Position numbers and translations under genes: made by a program
Shown here: piece by piece, positions 1 to 7,405 of the stretch
Layout: each line of letters starts with the position of its first letter
How positions within the stretch are numbered: the first letter of the stretch is position 1
Source: Candidatus Brocadiia bacterium
Lineage (GTDB): Bacteria; Planctomycetota; Brocadiia; SM23-32
NCBI GenBank assembly: GCA_046538485.1
Contig: JBKHIT010000015.1
Span: forward strand, 19,926-83,925
Direction of reading: 5' to 3'
DNA: 64,000 nucleotides
The notes under the pieces: model-generated
The model's database searches: none
What the model was told of the DNA's origin: nothing
What the model saw: the letters and a program-made list of their open reading frames with translations, nothing else

Positions 1-27
1 AGGTGCTTAGCTGTATATCGTTGCCAC

Positions 28-82
28 GAACGCGGGCGTCCCCCGCCCGCACGCCGTCGATGGGAACGAGACATCCGCGTTC
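28..82. repeat. REP/REPIN-like inverted repeat pair
   Basis: GAACGCGGGCGTCCC (28-42) and GAGACATCCGCGTTC (68-82) are 12/15 inverted repeats. The left arm carries an internal GCGGGCG...CGCCCGC hairpin. Confidence 0.5.
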
Positions 83-199
83 CTTGGAAACGTGGTTTAC
101 CGAATACGTAATCTTCCCTCACAGTAGCACTGGCTGGACATTGTAACACTTCTTGTTCTCGTAAATTCTTAAGCCTTAACGGCATGCGCCGTTTTATAT

Positions 200-224
200 A
201 GCCTGCATCCGTAAGATGCAGGCT
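200..224. other. Perfect 10-bp stem-loop upstream of the first CDS
   Basis: AGCCTGCATC-CGTAA-GATGCAGGCT. Confidence 0.5.
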
Positions 225-316
225 CGCAGCCCTGTTGTTTTGATACAAACCCTCCAATCAGCTACCATGCTCTGTCTCGAATCAGTTCACTTCGGCGCTC
301 GGGTTTGGAGGACGAA

Positions 317-2578
317 ATGTCTCTGAAAGAAGTCGATCGTATCATAGTGCACAATGGGGGACAATCGGCGGTATTTGTCAAAACCGACGAGGGATGGCGG
401 CCGGATTGGTTCTACGTCGGTGACTGCCGGATGCTGCGGTTCAAGGACCACGAATGGCTCAGTATCGGTCATATCCGCCCGAGCTGTGCTGCGGAAGCCG
501 AAAAACTTGAAAGTGGTGGCGCCATTTTTCGCAATACGACCGCATACGGGGAGTGCCCGGTAGACTGGACGGTCCGTATTGAGCCCGCCAGAGTCAGCGG
601 TTTCTGGGTTGAATGCTGCATCCGGCCGAAAAAATCGATTGAATTGCTGGAAGCCTATTCAACGTTCGAGACTCCCTACGAATACGATGGCAACGAACAT
701 GTTACAACGGTGATAGGCCAGAATCCGGTCGTGAGATGGCGTGGTTCGGAACGTATTTCTCCTCCCATCCGGCGGCGTCCGGAATGGCTCTACGCTCGCG
801 AGGAAGCCGCGCGACGCACTGCGCCGTGCAACACGCCAATTCTCTGCCAGGAACTGAGCGGCCCTGGAGGGGAGAATGCACGTTACACAACGATTGTTGG
901 TGACTGGAACATCTGTCGGATCCACGATGTTTTTGCGACTCCCACACGCTTCGTGGATGTGAAAAGCGGTGATTGGGGTGGAATCGCGGAGGGGGAGTTG
1001 CGGGGCTATAAGTTCATTGTCGGGGCGTTGAACTGGTCCAGTTCGTTTACAAAAGATCCGAATGTTCTGTATCGGGACGGGGAGAAACATTGCCAGAGGG
1101 TGGTCGTGGATTATGCAGACGATATGCCCGGAGGGACTCTTGACCGGATGTTGCTCGCCGCCTGGGAACGGGCCTCGGAAATCGATCTCCCCGGCAAAGG
1201 GCGCGTTCCGGCATTCAATCGGGCCCGGAAAAAGGGGGTGACGTGGGAATCTGCCGTGTCCTGGTTGCGGGATGTGTTTTGCGGTGACGGGACCGAGGGA
1301 CTTTTTTTGCCCGAGAAAGGCATTGCGACATACGCTCCGGGGACTCGACCCAAAGCGGGACACTATACCTGGCGCTGGTGGCCTCAGTGGAGCGGCCATT
1401 TCCGTTACCGGGCTCTTGTGGCCGATGATGAGGAACTGAAATCGGTCTGCGACAATTACGACCGGGTGTTCGCGGAGAATCAGAAAAACTTTAGTTTTGG
1501 GAATGCTGGAATCGCGCTCACGCCGTCCGCTTTGCCCGCACTCCAGTGGCTCAGTGGGCCGGGGAAGCCAGGTCCACTTGCTGAAACGCTTGAGAAAGCT
1601 TTGAAAGATTCGCTGGAGGTTTCGATGGCGGAGAATGGTGACGAACGCCGGTTGGACAACGGCGCGCAGGCGGCGACGGCGGAGGGGTTCCTGTTCGCTG
1701 CCAGGGCATTTGATGATCCAGCGTTCCGCGATCAGGCCCTGGTTCTTCTCAAGGAGATTAATGCGGAATTGGACGGTCGATTCTGGGCATTCAACTGCGG
1801 AGAACGGGGGGACTTGATGCACGGAGGACAGATCCGCCCCTTCGGCCACGGCCATGCTTCCCTGGCCAATTTGCTCGCTTATCAGGATACGGGGGAAGAT
1901 TTGTATCTGGAAGCCGCCACACGATTTGCGCGGTTCTTGCTTTCTATAAATTATGTCACACACGATGCCTCTGAGGACCCGGATTTCGATTGGCGCGGCT
2001 GGGCGAACGGTTCCAACGCCGGCCGCGATCAGATCGCCGAGTTCCCACCGTGGGAAACCATTGCGAGTTTGCACTGTATAACGCCGTTGCTGGGTGAGAC
2101 TGAGATGGAAGACGGCTTTTATGATGTGCTGTGGTATATCGCTCGCACGGGGTTGGCCCAGTTCCCGGCCGCCCGTGAATTCAAACGGATATACGATGAA
2201 TCGATGAATCTCCACTACGTGACGCGGGATACTCTCGAAAGTGAGCACGACTTCTACGATAATCTCCCGTTTCTGGCCTACGAGAATCCTCACGATCAGA
2301 CGCTTCTGGCGTCTTACCAGGGCACGGATTGTCTGATGGCGGAAATGGCGTTGGGGGGAGGGTTGGTGAAGGCGAGCGATGACCGCCTGGGAGTGATTGT
2401 CCCGGGTGTCTGTCTGATGGATAGTGAAATCGCCCACCAGCGGCGGGCGCATATCTGGAACCCGACATCCAGTCCTGTCAAAGCCGAGGTCAGTCCGGCC
2501 TGGCCGGATGGACCTGAAGAGGAAAAGACGGTGACTGTGCCACCCCGTGAAGCGGTCAAATTGGAGTTTTCACGTTGA
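317..2578 (+). CDS. Hypothetical protein, possible (alpha/alpha)-barrel glycoside hydrolase/lyase-like enzyme
   Basis: Long ORF with GGAGG RBS before ATG317. Trp/Tyr-rich helical repeats (e.g. ANLLAYQDTGEDLYLEAATRFARFLL) resemble six-hairpin glycosidases. Family not identified. Confidence 0.55.
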   Translation: MSLKEVDRIIVHNGGQSAVFVKTDEGWRPDWFYVGDCRMLRFKDHEWLSIGHIRPSCAAEAEKLESGGAIFRNTTAYGECPVDWTVRIEPARVSGFWVECCIRPKKSIELLEAYSTFETPYEYDGNEHVTTVIGQNPVVRWRGSERISPPIRRRPEWLYAREEAARRTAPCNTPILCQELSGPGGENARYTTIVGDWNICRIHDVFATPTRFVDVKSGDWGGIAEGELRGYKFIVGALNWSSSFTKDPNVLYRDGEKHCQRVVVDYADDMPGGTLDRMLLAAWERASEIDLPGKGRVPAFNRARKKGVTWESAVSWLRDVFCGDGTEGLFLPEKGIATYAPGTRPKAGHYTWRWWPQWSGHFRYRALVADDEELKSVCDNYDRVFAENQKNFSFGNAGIALTPSALPALQWLSGPGKPGPLAETLEKALKDSLEVSMAENGDERRLDNGAQAATAEGFLFAARAFDDPAFRDQALVLLKEINAELDGRFWAFNCGERGDLMHGGQIRPFGHGHASLANLLAYQDTGEDLYLEAATRFARFLLSINYVTHDASEDPDFDWRGWANGSNAGRDQIAEFPPWETIASLHCITPLLGETEMEDGFYDVLWYIARTGLAQFPAAREFKRIYDESMNLHYVTRDTLESEHDFYDNLPFLAYENPHDQTLLASYQGTDCLMAEMALGGGLVKASDDRLGVIVPGVCLMDSEIAHQRRAHIWNPTSSPVKAEVSPAWPDGPEEEKTVTVPPREAVKLEFSR

Positions 2579-2736
2579 GAAAGTTTAGATCTGGCGGTGC
2601 GCATAAGAATTATGAGACCACAGGATCTATAAAACCCGTAAAGCCGATCTGCGAACACCAGGCGGCGCGTTGCTTGCCGTCTAACTGTGAGACTGAGTTC
2701 GACGACGACGATTTTTGAGCATTCAGGGGAAAATTT

Positions 2737-3503
2737 ATGCCCGGGAAATATTACTGGTACCCGAAACCGATGGATCTTTCGCCGGCGCGGTGGATCTGAT
2801 TTCCATCCGAACGCACGCTTCCGAATACGTTTGTGCTTTTTCGAAAAGAAATAGAGTTTGAAGAGATTCCCGAAAAAGCGACCGGCTGGATCACGGCCGA
2901 CAGCCGTTATCTCCTGACAGTGAACGGTCAGCGGGTTCAATGGGGGCCGGCCCCGGCCGATCCACGCTGGCCCGATCTCGATCCGCTTGAGTTATGCACT
3001 TTCCTGAGACCGGGCAAAAATGTGATCGGGATTGAGGTTCTGTTCTACGGCCACGACGAGGGAACGTGGGCGATGGGAAAACCAGGAGTGGTTTTCTCCC
3101 TCACCTGTAAATGGCCCGGAGGGCGGGAGGAGAAAGTATTCACAGACGGCGATTGGAAATGCCATCTCGACCGATCTTACAAACCCGGACAACCTAAACG
3201 CTGTTTTCTGCGGGCGCTTCAGGAAGAGTTTGATGCAAGGAGTTACCCCGAAGGCTGGGACTCACCGCCCATACTGTCGTGGGCCCCATTGAGTTTCGGG
3301 CCGAGAAGTGCGATCAGGGGCATCGTCTGCAGATTGCGACACCGGGCAGCTGTGAATGTGAATTGCGTGTTCCGGAGTCAACGGAGCTGGATTTGCCGGA
3401 AATCGGCACAACTGTTCGGCCCGGACTGAAGAGATACAAGCTGGAGAGAGACGCCAGCAACGAATTTGTTTTGCCACAAAATGTTGTGTACGGTGTTCAA
3501 TAA
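2737..3503 (+). pseudogene. Alpha-L-rhamnosidase (GH78-like) pseudogene with a nonsense codon and a large internal deletion
   Basis: ATG2737 gives MPGKYYWYPKPMDLSPARWI*FPSERTLPNTFVLFRK...ITADSRYLLTVNG...WGPAP, an N-terminal rhamnosidase-type domain with TGA at 2797-2799 where WIW is expected. Near 3262 it joins out of frame to a C-terminal-domain-like LTAHTVVGPIEFRAE segment. The catalytic barrel is absent. Confidence 0.7.
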
Positions 3504-3607
3504 AGATTCTACCCTGATTGGGCAAGAATGGCTTCCAATTATCCGTAAAATGCGACTTTCACGTGCGCTTATCACGTCCCCGGAAATGTCTGAATTAGGA
3601 GAAAGTT

Positions 3608-5470
3608 TTGAGACTCGATTCATACGCAGAAAATCTGGGAGATGTCAGGATCCATACACCGAGCCAGACGGTTACGGCCGGAAGCCGGTTTCCGATGGAT
3701 GTTGTTTACCGGGTCGGTCCGACGCCGATTACCGCTGGAGGGGCCATCCGTTTTCGCCTTCCTGGTCTGTACGCAGGTGATGGCAAAATCAGAGCTCCAT
3801 TTTGGTCTTCGCGCGAAGAGGGCGTGGAACTTCGGGCCGGCAATGCTCTGCCCCCTGTCAACGGGAAAAATGGTGAGGAATTCTTTGCGGTGAACTGGTA
3901 TTTTTTCGTGGTTGTGGAAGAGGGAGAGTTGCATCCGGGCGATACCGTAACCGTTTCTTACGGGCAGGTCGGGACGACGCGGGGACGATTTCCCACCTGG
4001 GCGCAGAAATGGGCCGTAGAAGTGGCGGTTGACCCCGATGGGACCCGGGCGGCGCCCCGGAGCGGTTTTTACCTCCTGCCCGATCCGCCGCAGATCGAGA
4101 TCGTTCCGGATGTCCCGGAAAAGCTGGAGCTCACAATCCCGTCAACGATCCAGACCGGCGAGGCGGTCAGGGCTGTGTTGCGAGCCCGGGACCATTACAG
4201 GAACGTGGTGCCGGGATACGAGAGCAATGTTGAAACACGGCTACTGTCCGAAGACGTAGCTGAGCCGTGTGTGACAGAGTATGAACTGAATGAAGAGGGC
4301 GTTCTTGTTTGCGAGAATCTGGTTTTCCCGGATTCCGGTATTTATCGGGTGGAGGTGGCGGACCGCGACCTCGGTTTGCGCGCGGTTTCCAACCCGGCAC
4401 GCGTCACGGATGCCTCGCCTTCCCCGCGTCTTTTCTGGGGTGATACTCACTGTCACTCGATCGCGTCGGGCGATACGACTATCAACAGCGAATTTATCAC
4501 ACCGGAGCATGATTACCGATATGCGCGCTATGTTTCAGACCTCGACTTCTGCATGGTGACGGATCATTCTCAGGATCTTTGTGCCGCTCCCGAAGATTGG
4601 GATATGGTTCGGGAAGCGGCCCACGATGCCTACGAACCGGGTCGTTTCGTCACTTTTTCAGCGTATGAGTCGACCCACCATCCCCAGCGGCAGGACGGGG
4701 ACAAGAACATTTACTTTTTAGATGACAGCCAGCCGTGCGTTCCGGAGGGCACCACGGAGGAGACCTGCGCAGTTCTGAAGAAGAACTCAGGCGAAAAGGT
4801 AATGGTGATACCGCACCTCCATGTTCCGACAAACTGGGAAAAACACGATCCCGAACTGGAACACGTGGTGGAAGTTTACAGCCACTGGGGTTGTGGTTTT
4901 TCCCCGGAGAGCCGTCCCCGTATTGTGCCGGGTGGGGAGCGCCCGCCGGAGAGTTTTGTGACCCACGCGCTTGAACGGGGCATCAGACTTGGTTTTATCG
5001 CCAGCGCGGATCATTCGCTCGGTCATCCAGGCGACGATTTCTGGTGGACCCTGAGCAGTTTTCAGGGCGGACTTGCGGCGATTTATTCCGATGAACTCAC
5101 ACGGGAGGGGATCTGGAATGGCCTCAAGGAGCGTCGTTGCTATGGGACCACGAGGGCGCGGATTTTGCTGGATTTCAGTGTAAATGGCGAGCCGATGGGC
5201 GGAGAGGCCTCATTGCTGCCGGGTACGCCCCGAACACTGAGGATTGAAGTTCACGGAACGAGTGCGATTGCGGAAGTAGAAATTTTCCGCAATAGGGAGT
5301 TGCTTTTTTCCGAGGGTGGGGAAGGACGATGGGACCTGGATATCCGGTATGAGGATCACGGTTCAGAGCGTGAAGTCGACTATTATTTCGTCCATTTGCG
5401 TCAGAAAGATGGGGAACAGGCCTGGGCGAGTCCGGTTTGGCTGGAAGATGATGGCCTATCGTCTTCGTAG
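3608..5470 (+). CDS. DUF3604 / PHP-like metallohydrolase (CehA/McbA-like)
   Basis: Motifs LFWGDTHCHS, LDFCMVTDHS, IPH, VEVYSHWG, GFIASADHS, RRCYGTT and a C-terminal AWASPVW. AGGAGA RBS before TTG. Confidence 0.8.
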   Translation: MRLDSYAENLGDVRIHTPSQTVTAGSRFPMDVVYRVGPTPITAGGAIRFRLPGLYAGDGKIRAPFWSSREEGVELRAGNALPPVNGKNGEEFFAVNWYFFVVVEEGELHPGDTVTVSYGQVGTTRGRFPTWAQKWAVEVAVDPDGTRAAPRSGFYLLPDPPQIEIVPDVPEKLELTIPSTIQTGEAVRAVLRARDHYRNVVPGYESNVETRLLSEDVAEPCVTEYELNEEGVLVCENLVFPDSGIYRVEVADRDLGLRAVSNPARVTDASPSPRLFWGDTHCHSIASGDTTINSEFITPEHDYRYARYVSDLDFCMVTDHSQDLCAAPEDWDMVREAAHDAYEPGRFVTFSAYESTHHPQRQDGDKNIYFLDDSQPCVPEGTTEETCAVLKKNSGEKVMVIPHLHVPTNWEKHDPELEHVVEVYSHWGCGFSPESRPRIVPGGERPPESFVTHALERGIRLGFIASADHSLGHPGDDFWWTLSSFQGGLAAIYSDELTREGIWNGLKERRCYGTTRARILLDFSVNGEPMGGEASLLPGTPRTLRIEVHGTSAIAEVEIFRNRELLFSEGGEGRWDLDIRYEDHGSEREVDYYFVHLRQKDGEQAWASPVWLEDDGLSSS

Positions 5471-5674
5471 GGCCGATTTTAGTTGCCTTTCAAGTCTTTA
5501 GATAGAAGTTCCAAGCTGTTACAGACTTGTTACACGGGTGACAGGAAAAATCTGGTAGAATATGTTCCGGCAATGAAAGGTGGCGTCGGTATCCGCTTTG
5601 TCGTGAAGGAAACGTTTTCGCCCTTTTAGGTAATGTGACGGGGGTTCTTTTCGTCGGGAAAGGAGGAGGGAACG

Positions 5675-6793
5675 ATGCGATATGGAACGATGGTTTTTGT
5701 GGTCTCGCTGCTGGTGATGGCGGGTCTTTGCGATGCGGGAGAAAGAGTCAGGCTCAAAGAGCCCCATCTTATCCCGGGAAAAGTGAAGACCCAGCCGACG
5801 AAACTTGATCGACCGGAAGAACTTCTTTTCGAACTGGAGAAGTATCCTCGCACGAGCGGATCGACGTCCGCTGAACCACTGGGCGTGTGGGTGGCATGTC
5901 GACTGCTGAACCGAGAATGCCGGTGGCCACAGCGAGGGCACGGCATGGAACGGCGACTGCGGCCACTTAAGGCGGATTACAAGCAGAGCGATCCGATTCA
6001 CAAGAGGTATGATAACCGGCTCTACGGAAGAATCGTGCATTATGGGACGCACGGATCGTATACCCGATTGATTGAAGGCCAGACGGATTTGATTTACGAA
6101 TGCCGCCTCCCAAGTGAAGACGAGCGAAAACTTATGAGGAAAAAGGATATGGAGCTGGTTTATACCCCAATCGCACTTGATGCCTTTGTCTTTCTGTGCC
6201 ACCAATCCAATTCCGTGACTGGCCTGACGGCTGGACAGGTACGTGATATCTATACGAAAAAAAGGGATAACCGGGGTAAAATCAAGAACTGGAAGGAGGT
6301 CGGGGGTTCAGATCACCCGATTCATGCGTATGTCCGGAACCGAAATTCCGGTAGCCAGGAGACGATGAAGACGCTGGTCATGAAAAATCGTAAAATCGTG
6401 GGCGGCCGGTCCATGATCGGACACGGAATGACGGGGCCATACAATCTCTTGCACAGTGATAAAGCGGGAATCGGTTTTACGTTCTTCTACTATCAGCGCT
6501 ATATGTCGCCGTTTCCGCGGGGCCGGCAGATTCGGTCGGCTCAGAAGCAACAGAAGGTTGCTACAGAACCGAAACCTGTCGTGAGAATGCTCGCGATCAA
6601 CGGCGTGAAACCATCGCGCGAATCGATTGCCAATCGGACTTACCCCTGGGTAACGGAAGTCTATGTTGTTACGCGCAAAGGTCTGAAGCAAAATCATGCT
6701 GCCGTCAAATTGCGGCAATGGTTTCTGACCGGAGAAGGACAAAGATTTATTGGCGAGACGGGATATGTGCCGATTTCGTCGGCCAAAAAATAA
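5675..6793 (+). CDS. PstS-family (PBP-like) periplasmic substrate-binding protein, orphan
   Basis: Signal peptide; GSTSAEPL, PIALDAFVF, RNRNSGSQETM, LAINGVKPSRESIANRTYP and GQRFIGETGYVP motifs. No pstCAB nearby. Confidence 0.8.
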   Translation: MRYGTMVFVVSLLVMAGLCDAGERVRLKEPHLIPGKVKTQPTKLDRPEELLFELEKYPRTSGSTSAEPLGVWVACRLLNRECRWPQRGHGMERRLRPLKADYKQSDPIHKRYDNRLYGRIVHYGTHGSYTRLIEGQTDLIYECRLPSEDERKLMRKKDMELVYTPIALDAFVFLCHQSNSVTGLTAGQVRDIYTKKRDNRGKIKNWKEVGGSDHPIHAYVRNRNSGSQETMKTLVMKNRKIVGGRSMIGHGMTGPYNLLHSDKAGIGFTFFYYQRYMSPFPRGRQIRSAQKQQKVATEPKPVVRMLAINGVKPSRESIANRTYPWVTEVYVVTRKGLKQNHAAVKLRQWFLTGEGQRFIGETGYVPISSAKK

Positions 6794-6824
6794 GCGCCCC
6801 GACTTTTTTTCTGTGTCGGGACGC
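6794..6824. terminator. Stem-loop between convergent genes
   Basis: GCGCCCCGAC...GTCGGGACGC, a 9/10 stem immediately after the stop of the PstS-like gene. Confidence 0.4.
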
Positions 6825-6848
6825 TCGGGACGGCGTTAAATGTGAAGG

Positions 6849-7204
6849 TCACTCCCCCGAATCCGTGAATTGGATTCCGGTTCCGCGCACCTCAATAGCG
6901 TGGCGTGTGAAAAGAATCCACCATTGAAAGTACCCGTCGACCGTGACGTCGATCAGCGCATCGGCGCCCTGTTTGCGCTTTGCAGCTTCAACAGCGGTAC
7001 TGGTTGCGTTGGAACCTTTGATCGGGAGAAACCCGAACAGCAGGACATAGCTATCGGTGGCGCTTGTGGGGCCTAATTTCCTGTAAGAGCGGCCGTTAAT
7101 AGGAGTCGTGGACGGCGCAACACCACCGGGGTGTGTGCGCAACCGACCAGCATCGTGCCGAGGAGCACGACAGTCAGCATTCCGACGATCTTCCGATGCA
7201 TCAT
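6849..7204 (-). pseudogene. Small lipoprotein (TRL-like) with a 1-nt frameshift just after the lipobox
   Basis: AAGGAAGG RBS, ATG7204, then MMHRKIVGMLTVVLLGTMLVGC-AHTP. The mature domain GGVAPSTTP...ADALIDVTVD is in another frame. The span is 356 nt, so one base is missing at the C4 run (G4 at 7128-7131 on +). Confidence 0.65.
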
Positions 7205-7405
7205 TACTTATCCTTCCTTTCTGCTTTGAGCGGGAAGTTGCATCTGCTGAACGGCCACTCAGTCAAGTACCCGAATAGCCGAATAACTATTATTCTGTTC
7301 AGATAGAAGATAGCATAAACTTATCACGGGTTTTCCTTATTTGCAAATTATGGTCGTATTTTGCTGTATTTGCACTTCGGCCGGTATTGGTTAAAATGAG
7401 CGTCT

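Noticed and set aside
659..2452. 597-aa minus-strand ORF, and similar long antisense ORFs over rpoD, hflK, groEL, clpB and dnaK
   Set aside because: Shadow frames of well-supported genes on the opposite strand, with no recognisable motifs.
2797..2799. In-frame TGA as selenocysteine or as an alternative genetic code
   Set aside because: The position corresponds to Trp in a WIW motif, many intact genes here end in TGA, and the gene also carries a deletion.
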